The notes under the pieces were generated by a model. That model made no database searches. It was not told the origin of the DNA and saw nothing but the letters and a program-made list of their open reading frames with translations. Shown piece by piece: positions 23,401-46,290 of a stretch of DNA of 48,493 nucleotides (the stretch's first letter is position 1; the number at the start of each line of letters is the position of its first letter). Made by a program: the position numbers and the translations under genes. The DNA comes from Octopus bimaculoides (lineage: Eukaryota), in the NCBI RefSeq assembly GCF_001194135.2, contig NC_069008.1:17471750-17520242 (forward strand), written 5' to 3'.

Positions 23401-24299
23401 AACAATAAAACTAACCCTAACCCTCTAACGAGTGCGCACTGTAAAAACGTATCGTTACGAAGATGCATCGGGGCCTCTGTATTTAAGTGGGGCCGGCAAA
23501 AAAAAAAACAGGAACGAAAAATACTGAAGTTAATGGAAATTGTTAATAGCAAAGTCGGCGGGAAAAAAAGAGAAGATCCGAAACTCCTCCATAATTCTTT
23601 TCTTCGGAACTTTTATCTGGCGTGACAGTGTGGTAAGAAGTGTGTTTCCAAACCACATGATTCCGGGTTCAGTTCCACTGCGTGGTACCTCAGACAACAG
23701 TCTTCTATTATAGCTCGTGTCGACAACGCACGCACACACACACACACACACAAACTTATACGTACGAGTGTAGGTCTTTGTTCCCCCCCCCCCACCTCAG
23801 TGCTTGACAACCGGTGTTGGTTTATTTATACCCCTGAAACTTAGCGGTTCGGCAAAATAGACCGGTAGAATAAGTATCAGGTTTAACAAAAAATGGACTG
23901 GAGGTGATTCGCGCTCGACTAAAAACTCTTCGAGGCGGCGCCCCAGTATGGCCGCAGTCTAATGACCGAAGTAAGTAAAATATGAAAATAACCATAATCT
24001 ACACACTCGAAAAAATATAGATGCAAAATGTCATTAAAAGACACGCATTACCCAGAAAGTTATAGAGGAAACAATTACTGTGAGATGGGGCACTAAAGTG
24101 TAGTTATGCTCTAATATCCAACGCTATTATAATTACGATGATAGACCTTGATATTTTTATCTAATTGACCCCAAAAGGATGAAAGGCCGAACAAGAAAGC
24201 AAAACAAGACAAACTTACATTTTCTTCTGTTGAGAAAACGCCATAAGGTAGATTTTGGATCGGGAAATGGCTTTCGGCATCGACGGGAATAAAAGACAT
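7718..24299 (-). CDS. FAH: Fumarylacetoacetase gene, 13 coding exons (span), ~419 aa
   Basis: Spliced translation [24 protein letters not shown]...[17 protein letters not shown]...DIELEMAF...[23 protein letters not shown]...[15 protein letters not shown]. All visible splice sites are GT-AG with matching phases. Residues equivalent to human D126, H133, E199, E201, D233 and K253 are present. CDS totals 1260 nt if exon 2 is 111 nt. Confidence 0.97.
8095..8612 (+). mobile_element. SINE family B with (GAT)n tail and internal ~63-bp repeats
   Basis: Ends GGAAGGGCATCCAGCTGTAG...CCAACCCATGCCAGCATGGAAAG..GTTAAA..GATGATGAT. Copies at 9895-10226, 25813-25952, 28587-28802, 31575-31715, 43262-43525 (+) and 2830-2985, 16062-16148, 34253-34410, 35507-35720, 39480-39735, 45190-45420 (-). 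Confidence 0.8.
8714..8831 (-). CDS. FAH: FAH exon 12 (118 nt)
   Basis: tttcag|[39 protein letters not shown](G)|gtaaga. Confidence 0.95.
9198..9299 (-). CDS. FAH: FAH exon 11 (102 nt)
   Basis: acacag|[34 protein letters not shown]|gtatat. Confidence 0.95.
9433..9531 (-). mobile_element. Second, more decayed RLE-LINE C-terminal fragment
   Basis: [22 protein letters not shown] parallels [22 protein letters not shown] of the adjacent copy. Confidence 0.65.
9654..9863 (-). mobile_element. Non-LTR retrotransposon 3' remnant, restriction-like endonuclease (R4/Dong/NeSL-type) C-terminus
   Basis: [69 protein letters not shown]; 3' UTR and (ATA)n tail to ~9535. Confidence 0.8.
10286..10332 (-). 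CDS. FAH: FAH exon 10 (47 nt)
   Basis: ttttag|[16 protein letters not shown]|gtaagt. Confidence 0.93.
10773..10848 (-). CDS. FAH: FAH exon 9 (76 nt)
   Basis: tgacag|[25 protein letters not shown]|gtaaga. Confidence 0.94.
11667..11797 (-). CDS. FAH: FAH exon 8 (131 nt)
   Basis: ttacag|[44 protein letters not shown]|gtaaga. Confidence 0.96.
11841..12465 (+). mobile_element. SINE family A (with gap-associated duplication)
   Basis: Colinear with 6065-6500. Confidence 0.8.
12729..12774 (-). ncRNA. Type I hammerhead-like ribozyme with U4C core variant, FAH intron 7, sense
   Basis: Minus strand: AAAACUGU-CCGAUGA-ACG(GGAA)CGU-GAA-ACUC(A)GAGU-A-ACGGUUUU; 8-bp stem I. Confidence 0.65.
13090..13245 (-). 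CDS. FAH: FAH exon 7 (156 nt; equals human exons 7+8 fused)
   Basis: ttccag|[51 protein letters not shown]|gtaagt. Confidence 0.96.
13461..13542 (-). ncRNA. Type I hammerhead ribozyme (Penelope-like minimal type), FAH intron 6, sense
   Basis: Minus strand: UUCC-CUGAUGA-GAAGGUUACAA...UUGUAAUCCUUU-GAA-ACAUGU-A-GGAA. Intact core, GUA cleavage triplet, palindromic stem III, 4-bp stem I. Confidence 0.75.
13804..13901 (-). CDS. FAH: FAH exon 6 (98 nt)
   Basis: ttacag|[32 protein letters not shown]|gtaagt. Confidence 0.96.
13981..14235 (+). mobile_element. SINE family C with (TTA)n tail
   Basis: GAGTTCAAATTCC B-box-like, GCCTTTCATC, GGTCGATAAATTAAGTACCAG, GTAGAAAGG-(ATT)n. Copies at 26465-26630, 43080-43245, 1177-1358 (-) and 47818-47878 (-). 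Confidence 0.8.
14402..14492 (-). CDS. FAH: FAH exon 5 (91 nt)
   Basis: ttgcag|[31 protein letters not shown]|gtgagt. Confidence 0.96.
15021..15070 (-). CDS. FAH: FAH exon 4 (50 nt)
   Basis: ttgcag|[16 protein letters not shown](G)|gtaacg. Confidence 0.94.
15428..15549 (-). CDS. FAH: FAH exon 3 (122 nt)
   Basis: tttcag|[40 protein letters not shown](K)|gtaagt. Confidence 0.94.
16919..16955 (-). CDS. FAH: FAH exon 2, visible 5' part only (runs into N-gap 16721-16918)
   Basis: ctttgcag acceptor then [12 protein letters not shown]; 3' end hidden (about 16845 if 111 nt). Confidence 0.9.
17153..17292 (-). mobile_element. SINE family A, 5' half
   Basis: Reverse complement of the family A head; similar minus copy at 31750-31905. 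Confidence 0.75.
17820..18656. repeat. (ACC/ACT)n compound microsatellite spanning a gap
   Basis: Directly visible. Confidence 0.9.
19922..20145. mobile_element. MITE P1 full copy (opposite orientation to 4400)
   Basis: TTAA|CCTTTT...AAAAGGG|TTAA; internal sequence is reverse complement of 4400-4620. Truncated copies at 20298-20415 and ~44971-45120. Confidence 0.8.
21756..22082 (+). mobile_element. SINE family A
   Basis: Colinear with 6065-6500. Confidence 0.8.
23317..23485. mobile_element. Small foldback/MITE with ~32-bp imperfect TIRs and 3 x 22-bp internal repeat
   Basis: TTAAATAAAGAGGTCCCGACGCAGCTACGTAAC versus revcomp TTAAATACAGAGGCCCGATGCATCTTCGTAAC; core (TAACCAACAATAAAACTAATCC)x3 at 23352-23417. 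Confidence 0.7.
24219..24299 (-). CDS. FAH: FAH exon 1 (81 nt, ATG at 24299)
   Basis: [27 protein letters not shown] followed by GTAAGT donor. Confidence 0.96.
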
Positions 24300-27174
24300 T
24301 TTGGGGAAAGGTTTAAATGTAGAGACAAACCGGTGGGAGAGGAAATTCGAAATGGCTTTTCTCATAGACTGAGAGGAGGAGGAGAGAGAGAGATGGGGGA
24401 AGTGATAAAGGAGAAAGTGATAGAGAGAGAGAGATAGACGGATAAAGGGATAGAGAGAGAGATAAGCAGAGAGAGAGAGAGACAGACAGTGGGAGAGATA
24501 TAGAGATAGGAAGACAGATAGATAAAGAGATAGACAGAGAGAGAGAGGGGGGGAGGGGAGAGATAAATAGACAAAGATATGCAGTGAGGGACAAACAGAG
24601 AGAGATATAGATAGAGAGACAGATAAAGAAACAGACAGACAGAAATAAAGAGAGAGGGGGTGGTGATAAGAATTTGAAGATACCCGTTTCAATGAGGGGA
24701 GGGGGATCGAGTGGAAGGAGGGACCGAAGTTGGATTTGGGCGAAAGCAAAACTTTCGCTAAAGTTCCGCTCGCGCACAATCTGTGTGTGTGTGTGTGTAA
24801 CATGTTTGAGCGATTGTGTGCAAAAATCTTGTAGGGGCATACCTACACAAATATGCTCCGCCGATTTTGCTTCCTCATAACTTCCAGAAAAATTAATATT
24901 TTCCAATGAAATTTTTTTATAAATATGCTTCAAATGGGGTAGATTCCGATTCTATAGGGGAATATGTTGGATAAAATAATAATTAACTGATCCTCCTCTA
25001 TTTTCTTTTACCCAAAATCAAAAACTTTTCAACACCCCCTTGTATATATACCTACATACATACATACATAAATATATATGCAAAGAGTGCTGAAAAGCTC
25101 CTGGCTTTTAAGGGTGTTATGAAAGGCCTGGTTGGAGACCCCGCTTTCTGAGTTCTTTTATAGGGTTTAGAAAAACTGAAGGACCCCTGCAATAAGTGCG
25201 TGAATATCTGAGAAGGGGAATATGTTGAATAGAATCATAATTAACTGATCCGCCTCTATTTTCTTTTACCCAAAGCCAGGAACTTTTCAGCACCCCTGCG
25301 CGCGCGCGTGTGTGTGTGCGTGCGTGTTTGTGTATGTGTGATAGATACACGATGGGCTTCTTTCAGTTTGTGTCTACCAAACAGTCAGACAGACAGACAG
25401 ATTTTCTTCAAATATGGGAAACGTAAGTCTACTGCGAAGAATAAAAGTAGCATCAGTAAGAGCATGTAACTGAGAACTAGGGGTTTCAGTACATACGATG
25501 TGGGGTGGGGAGTTAAATATGAATGGGGAGAAGAGAGGAGGGGGGAAGGGGGTTCCGAATCAGGCAACAATATGAACTTACACATTCTTCCCCTTCTAAA
25601 CTCGTGTGTGTGTGTGTGTGTGCCTTTCATAAGTTCAGGCGTGGCTGTGTGGTAACAAGCTTGCTTCCCAAACACGTTTCTGGGTTCAGTCCCACTGCAT
25701 GGCACCTTGGGCAAGTGTCTTCTACTATAGCTTCAGGCTGACCAAAGCCTTGTGAGTGGATTTGTTAGAAGGAAACTGAAAGAAGCCCGTCAAGCAACGA
25801 TTACACTCTCGGAGTGGTTGGCATGTTAGGAAGGGCATCCAGCTGTAGAAAACCCTGCCAAATCAGACTGGAGTCTGGTGCAGCCTTTCAGCGTGGCAGC
25901 CCAGTCAAACCGGCCGACCCATGCCAGCACGGACAACGGACGTTAAATGATGTGTGTGTGTGTGTGTGTGTGTATGTATACGTGTGTATGTATACGTGTG
26001 TATGTATGTCTTTTGTGTCTGTGTTTGTTCCCATTTCCGCTTGATACACACACGTAACTTAGTGGTTGGGCAAACGAAACCGATAAAATAAGCACCAGGC
26101 TCTAAAATTTTGAGTATTCGAGTCGATTCTTTCAAATTAAAAAGTCTTGAAGGTGGTGCCCCAGCATGACCACGTCGTAAAATATAGAATCTCGCTCAAG
26201 GACACGACGCACCTTCGGAATTCGAACCCATAACCTTACGACCGCCAGCCAAGTACTCTAACCCCTAAACCACGTTCTTAAAGCAATTACATAAAACTAC
26301 AAAAAAGTACGAAACTAAAAGGGCAAAAGCATTCGACAAAGTTTACATAAAAAATAAAGATTGAATTTAATTGTAGTTTATGGATTTTTAGATAATTTGC
26401 GATTGCATTCTGTGGGAACGTTCCAACGTTTTTTTAATGCAAATGTAAGTTATAATTACATAAGTCCTAGAGTTCAAATTCCACCGAGGTCGAATTGGCC
26501 TTTCATCTCTTCGGGGGGTCGATAAAATAAGTATCAATCGAACACTGGGGGGCGATGTAATCGATTCATCCACGTCCTCTGAAATGACTGGCCTTGTGTC
26601 TATATAGTAGAAGGGATTATCATAATTGTTTGTTGATGTTGTAGTTAGAAAGATACGAAACTAAAAAAGGTCCTGTTTGACTTTGCCAATCCGCATGGCA
26701 AAGACATCCGGCGAGGTTTTGCAGCTGGTTGCGAAGGAGCACCTTGCTCTCACTCAATTACTGTCTCTAACACACACACACACACGCATATATAACATAA
26801 CAATACTATATTCCCTACTGTACGGGCTGCCCCGATCCCTCTGTGCCACTTGTAAATACACTATATATACATATATATATAAAATATAACATTACCTGTG
26901 TGAACACCTTTCCCGTTGCTTTCTCTTACACACAGACATAATCTAATATATTTTTATACATTGTATTATATACCATACAGACTGTCCCGCCCCATCTATG
27001 CCATCTGTATAGATATATGTATATATATATATATATTATAGGACACTGCTCGATTATCGTGAAGGACCTTGCCCTCCGTTTGTGGTTATAAACATACATA
27101 CATAAACACGTATATATATATATACACAGAGGTATTATACAAGTTGTGTGACTTAGTGGCTTTCATCCTTCGTG
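24300..27174. promoter_or_regulatory. Divergent (possibly bidirectional) promoter region between FAH and MCCC2 start codons
   Basis: Head-to-head ATGs 2875 bp apart; TSSs cannot be located from sequence. Confidence 0.5.
25080..25299 (+). mobile_element. Mariner-derived MITE
   Basis: ~28-bp TIR (GTGCTGAAAAGCTCCTGGCTTT / AAAGCCAGGAACTTTTCAGCACCCCT). Internal KCVN..GEYVE* resembles the mariner transposase C-terminus. Second 3' fragment at 24957-25044 ends in TA. Confidence 0.75.
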
Positions 27175-39964
<12,790 letters not shown>

Positions 39965-40340
39965 ATTTTATATTTCAGGAAAAAAAAATGAAGAAACAAA
40001 ACCTACAAAAAATTTTAAAAAAGGAAGAGACACAAATGAGTGTATGTTTGTGTGTATGTGTATATATAGATATGTGTGTGTGTGTTGATGCAGTATAGAC
40101 CTATTTGTAGTAAGATCATACCCCTTTCAGTCTGGCCCCATTTCTGCCTAAACTAAACAAAAATGGATATCTCGCTTTGCTTCAGAGTTACTGTCTGGGT
40201 CACAAGATCTTTTATAGTTTTAAATGGCAAAGGCATGAACCCCACTAATTCCCATGTCTTCTCGCACCTTCCATTCCGCCTCCACGCACCTATTCCCCGG
40301 CCAGTCCTCACCTTCTCGTTCCTTGCCGTTGCCACCACGA

Positions 40341-40346
40341 AATAAA
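40341..40346 (+). terminator. Candidate polyadenylation signal for MCCC2
   Basis: First AATAAA I noticed after the stop (~380 nt downstream), followed by GT-rich sequence; unconfirmed. Confidence 0.35.
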
Positions 40347-40531
40347 GACAGTGTGTGATTTCAGATGTGATTTGGCTGTTGTTTCTAGCAGATTATGTAA
40401 CCACATATAGCCTACTTCTTTGATGTTTTTTAAAAAATTTATGACATCACAAGGGTGTTTATATTTATGACATTACTGGTGTATTTGTGACATCACAGTT
40501 CTGTTTAGATATAGGACCCCACTGGTTTTAT

Positions 40532-40750
40532 CCCTTTTGCATATAAACCAGCCATATCCAGCCCCAATATTCTACCTGTCTCAAGTTCAAACTGGCCATA
40601 TCAGGCCTCTTATACTTCCCCTACAATGTCATTCTAAAATGAACAATCACGTCATTGAAATCTCAAAGCTATGAGATAATCCAGGATTAATTGAAAACCA
40701 TCTGAATAAATAAGGATTACATTTGACAGGGTAATCTGAGTGCTAAAGGG
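40532..40750. mobile_element. piggyBac-type MITE family P2
   Basis: CCCTTTTGCAT...TGCTAAAGGG termini. Homologous copies at 7178-7395, 29525-29695, 36591-36790 and ~36790-36905. Confidence 0.7.
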
Positions 40751-40769
40751 TTAGGTTAAGATTTCATCT

Positions 40770-41078
40770 TAAAGACCCTCCTTCGGTCATGAATGACCAT
40801 GGGATTGCATCTAGAAAGTTCCCCTCCGAGGCACAAGTCTGGGCAAGGTTGCTTATGGAAGACCAGCGGTTGTCCATGCATACCAGCCTCCACCTCTCCA
40901 CACGACTGATGTTATCCAAGGGAGAGGCAAAGGGGCCGATACATTTTGGCACCAGTGACGTCGCAACTCAGTGAACTGGAGCAACATAAAATGAAGTGTC
41001 TTGCTCAAGACCACAACACACAGCCCAGTCTGGAAATCGAACTCACAACCTCATGGTTGTGAACCTGACACTCTAACC
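40770..41078 (-). mobile_element. SINE with family D head but different 3' body
   Basis: Shares TTGAGCAAGACACT..TTGCTCCAGT head/core with 6661 copy, then diverges; head also at 10418-10558. Confidence 0.7.
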
Positions 41079-42337
41079 ACAGCTATCAGCTAAATTAATG
41101 CAAACTCTTGACCGAAGGTCACAACTAGAAAATGACTATTTTTAAATCTCACAACCTGAGATATTCAGCAACATTACTTTGGAGCAAAGATTGTTTGCCA
41201 ACATAACATGGCAGTCCTGGTCTCCTGGGGCTAAATTACAGCAACATTCATCCTAGACCGGGACTGCCATGTTATGTTGGCAAACAACCTTTACTACAAA
41301 GGCCACAACCTTTTCATGTGAGATTTCATAGCTATCTTCACACAACAACTGGCTAAACAAACACATTTGGATTCCAATGGTCACGACCACAATTTTTGGA
41401 GCTGTGACCTCATATATGAGGTCATTATGATCTTTGCCAGGTTATGACTTTGTTTTGAAGTCATAAGCTCGTTTTTGCAGCTATGACCTCCTATATAAGG
41501 TTATGATGTCTGAAGTCATAATCTCAATCATAAAGTTATGACCTCGTTTATAAAGTCATAACCTTGTTTTTACAGTTATGACCTTATATAAAGTCATGAT
41601 TTTATATTTTAAAATTATGACCTCATGTTACAAGTTATGATCCCATGCAGGGGTCACCACTGCATGCATAAGGTCCTATGTTTGGAACTCTGACCTTGTA
41701 CAAAAGGTCAATATATTTGGGGTTTTTTTAAAATTTTTCTTATTTTATTTATTTATATATTTCACATTCTTTTTTATTGTTTTCGGGAACTTTTCAATAG
41801 TTTTGCAGAATATTTGTTTTTGGTTATTGGAATCGGGTCGGAATTGAACTGGGGTCCCCTAGGTTATGGGTACTAAAACTCATGTTAATAATGTTTCTGT
41901 TATTGCAAAAGAAAAGAAAAGAAAAAAAAAAACAGAAAAGAAAAGTAAAAAGTTAGTAAATAAATCACTTGACATATTTCCACTGTTGTTTTTGTTTTTT
42001 TTTGTACCAGTCATATACTTGGGCTGCATTCAGTCCCAAGTACACTTCAACAGATTTCTCTCTCTGTTCATCTACACCATCATCATTTTACTTAATGTCC
42101 ACTTTTCCATACTTGCATGGGTCGGGGAGGAATTTGTTGAGGCAGAGGTTTCTGCAGTTGGGAAGCCCTTCCTGTCAGCAACCCTCCCAGAAGATTACAA
42201 ATGAACGACACTGCTTGTATGAAGGTGATGCTTGTTTACAACTATTATGTCATGTCAAGACAAGGGGACACTGACACACACACACAAACACACACATTCA
42301 TACAACACACTATATATCTCTCTCTTTATATATGTAT

Positions 42338-42373
42338 ATAGCTTTTTGGCCTTCTGGATTAGATCAAAGTGTA
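42338..42373 (+). pseudogene. U2 snRNA 5' fragment (nt ~1-36), degenerate
   Basis: ATAGCTTTTTGGCCTTCTGGATTAGATCAAAGTGTA aligns ungapped at 30/36 to my recalled invertebrate U2 5' end ATCGCTTCTCGGCCTTATGGCTAAGATCAAAGTGTA. Confidence 0.75.
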
Positions 42374-42397
42374 ATATATATATATATATATATATAT

Positions 42398-42714
42398 TAT
42401 GATGGAATAATTAAGGAACACATGAAGGCAGAGAGTTCCGTGAAGAAACATCTACAGAAATGCCAGACCCAGGAGTTCTCAGTGCACATCAAAGCAACAC
42501 AGCGTAACAGGGGCAACCTTAGAATCTCTGAGGCAATCCTCATACACCACAAGAAACCGAAGATCAACAATAGAAGGGAGTTACAGGAAGCTAGCTGGTT
42601 GCTATAGCAACACCCTTCTACACATGTCCACTCCTCACATGCTTATACACACGTACATCGTCAACATTCGTCTATTTCTTGAGGATGGGCATCATAACCG
42701 CGAAATATTGAATA
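42398..42714 (+). mobile_element. Penelope-like element 3' remnant (GIY-YIG endonuclease C-terminus plus degenerate hammerhead)
   Basis: IIKEHMKAESSVKKHLQKC...NLRISEAILIHHKKPKINNRRE* matches the PLE GIY-YIG tail pattern (KEH..SSV.KHL..C / RI.EAI.I...KP.IN). It is followed by TTGAGGA...GAAATATT. Confidence 0.7.
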
Positions 42715-43789
42715 CAAGGTAAGTCTACATTAATTCACATATTTGTTTCCTTGTGATTTACTTGCATTTACTTCACATTGTTTTGGCCTTACCCAGGATC
42801 TTTTATACGATATATATATATATATGTGTGTGTGTTCGGTGCAAGCATGGTTGTGTGGTAAGAAGTTTGCTTCCCAACCACATGGTTCTGGGTTCAGTCC
42901 CACTGCGTGGCACCTTGGGCAAGTGTCTTCTACTATAGCCTCGGGCAAACCAAAGCCTTGTGATTGGATTTGGTAGACGGAAACTGAAAGAAGCCCGTCG
43001 TGTGTGTGCGTGTGTGTATGTATGTATGTATGTATGTATGTATGAATGAATGAATGATCAATAAGTATCCGGACTATAAGTTCTGAGTTCAAATTCCACT
43101 TTGGTTGACTTTGCCTTTCATCCTTTCAGGGTCAATAAATTTAGTACCAGTGAAACACTGGGGGTTGATGTAATCAACTAGCCCTTTCTCCAAAATTTCA
43201 GGTCTTGTATCTTTAGTAGTAGAAAGGATTATTATTATTATTACAAAGTGTCCAGTTCACACTGTGAAGTGGTTGGTGACTGGAAGAGCATCCAGCTGTA
43301 AAAACCCTGCCAAAACTGACCTCACCTGTGCTGGTGCCATGTAAAAAGCACCGAGTCCACTCTGTAGGTTGGTTGGTGTTAGGAAGGGCATCCGGCAGCC
43401 GTAAAAACCATGCTGAAACAGACCCAGAGGTGTGCTGCAGTCTTCTGCCTGGTCAGCTTCTGTCGAACTGTCCAACCCATGCCAGCATGGAAGGTAGACA
43501 TTAAATGATGATGATGATGATGGTGATTTAAGCATCAGACAAAACCTAGAGACACATTTACACAATCCTGTATACAGGCACACACACATATATCAACACA
43601 TATATGTACGCACACCATTCAAACATACCCACACACACATAAACACAAACATACAAAGACACATGCACACACACACACACTTCTATGTACAACATGCTCG
43701 GACAAGAATCAATGAGGGTCAGTCTGCAAGAAATAGCAGCCAAATCTCCCTGAAAACCACTCTAATGCCTTAAAAAAAAGAAGGAAACA

Positions 43790-44376
43790 GCACATGATAT
43801 AGTCGTAGATATACCCCTAAAACGATGGAATGGTCAAGGCTGGAGTGTCTTTGATCAAAGCTCTGTTGGATTTGGGCTGATCCAGGACTAAATAACCAGG
43901 ATGATCACAGCTGGAACATCTCTGATCATAGGCCTACTGGATCAGGACTGACCTGGGGCTAAACAACAGCAACAGGGGAGAACACATCAGATAATGTAGT
44001 CCTAGACACACTTATATCTGAATAAATGATGGGGTGGTCATAACTGGAATGTCTCTGATCATAACCCCCTTGGATTTTGGCTGACTTGGGGTTAAACAAC
44101 ATCAACAAGGATGGATACATTGGATAATGTAGTCCTAGATGCACTATGTCTGAATAAAAGATGGGGTGGTCATGCCTGGAACACCTTTAATCATAGGTCT
44201 ATCTGAGTCAGGATTCACCAGGGCTAAACAATAATAACTACAGGGAAGGGCACATTGTATAATGTAGTCCAAGATATGCTATGCCAGGACTAAGAAAAGG
44301 CTGGTCACAACTGGATTGATTCTGATTACAGGTGGTCTGCTGGATCTAGACTGACCCAGGGCTAAATGGCCACAAC
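43790..44376 (-). repeat. Tandem array, ~5 family F units, inverted
   Basis: Reverse complement of the 32211 unit, each ending GGGGCTAAACAACAAC; single unit at 13660-13780. Confidence 0.8.
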
Positions 44377-44735
44377 ATGTTCAGGCTTGGTATGTTTGCT
44401 ATTGAGGCCTACCACCACCACTACCTCCATCTCCACCACCACCACCACCATCACTATCACCACCACCACCACCACCCTCCTCCTTTCAACAAATTTAGTA
44501 GGGTATAATTTAGCCGAGTGTGTGACACTGCCACCTTGGAAGATAGGGTAGTATAAGGGTATAACAGGGTGGTGTGTGTGTGAGTGAGTGAGGGTGTACT
44601 TGATACCCTCATTTTATTGTGTGTGTGTGTGTGTGAGTACGCGCACGCATTCTGTTATATCTTATTTTCTCACTTTCACAATACACACATACACCACACA
44701 CACACACACATTTGTAAGCATGCATGTATATAAAT

Positions 44736-44767
<32 letters not shown>

Positions 44768-45995
44768 GTGTGTGTAGGTTTAGGAATGGCTGTGTGGTAA
44801 GTAGCTTGCTTACCAACTACATGGTTCCAGGTTCATTTCCACTGCGTGGCATCTTGGGCAAGTGTCTTCTACTATAGCCTCGGGCCGACCAAAGCCTTGT
44901 GAGTGGATTTGGTAGACGGAAACTGACAGAAGCCCGTCGTATATATATATATATATATATACACACACATAACAAAGAATTTAGTAAAATAACTTCATTA
45001 AACTAGTGTTAAATTGTGACCAAGGTTTGGTGGAAGATTTTAATTCAAAATTTTTGAAAATAAGACATTTGTACTACACAGCCAGAGCCGGTTTCAGCCA
45101 GGTTGGTATCAAAGAGGTTAGGGTTAGAGAAGCACTTCAGTAGACTTCCATCAAATTCTGGAAGGTGCACTATCATATTCTGCACCTTCCAGGGTTGGAC
45201 GATCTGACTGAGGACTGGTGAAACCGGATGGCAACACCAGGCTCCAATCTAATTTGGCAGAGTTTCTACAGCTGGATGCCCTTCCTAACGCCAACCACTC
45301 AGAGAGTGTAGTGGGTGCTTTTACGTGTCACCCGCACGAAAACGGCCACGCTCGAAATGGTGTCTTTTATGTGCCACCCGCACAAGAGCCAGTCCAGGGG
45401 CACCGGCAACGATCTCGCTCGATGAATATATATATATAAAATATACAAGAATAAGGGCAGGGAATCGTCAATTAATAATAGAATTAATAATTAACAATTT
45501 TGCTAAGTAGTTCAGTATGAAAAAACCTTTATCGGTAAAACCATTTATCATCATAAATATACAGGNNNNNNNNNNNNNNNNNNNNNNNNNNNNNNNNNNN
45601 NNNNNNNNNNNNNNNNNNNNNNNNNNNNNNNNNNNNNNNNNNNNNNNNNNNNNNNNNNNNNNNNNNNNNNNNNNNNNNNNNNNNNNNNNNNNNNNNNNNN
45701 NNNNNNNNNNNNNNNNNNNNNNNNNNNNNNNNNNNNNNNNNNNNNNNNNNNNNNNNNNNNNNNNNNNNNNNNNNNNNNNNNNNNNNNNNNNNNNNNNNNN
45801 NNNNNNNNNNNNNNNNNNNNNNNNNNNNNNNNNNNNNNNNNNNNNNNNNNNNNNNNNNNNNNNNNNNNNNNNNNNNNNNNNNNNNNNNNNNNNNNNNNNN
45901 NNNNNNNNNNNNNNNNNNNNNNNNNNNNNNNNNNNNNNNNNNNNNNNNNNNNNNNNNNNNNNNNNNNNNNNNNNNNNNNNNNNNNNNNNNNNNNN

Positions 45996-46240
45996 ATGAA
46001 TATATATACTTATACATACATGTATATATATATATATATATACATACATGTATATATATATATATATGAATATATATACTTATACATACATGTATATATA
46101 TAAGTATGTAGATATTCATGTCTGTAATGAATCCTGCAGGTGGAGGTAAAAGAAAAAGTGTTGTAAATAAGACAGCATTTAAACATGTCTGCAAAGGTGA
46201 GAAAAGTCTACAGCACCTTGTTATGTTAAGCACATATATA

Positions 46241-46290
<50 letters not shown>

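Noticed and set aside
45520-45562. Minus-strand ATGATGA..GGTTTTACC-GATAA as a further hammerhead
   Set aside because: Both core segments are mutated and the flank is cut by a gap; insufficient support.
46140-46196. AG/GT-bounded 57-nt candidate exon ([19 protein letters not shown])
   Set aside because: Weak polypyrimidine tract, no recognisable homology, no partner exons visible.
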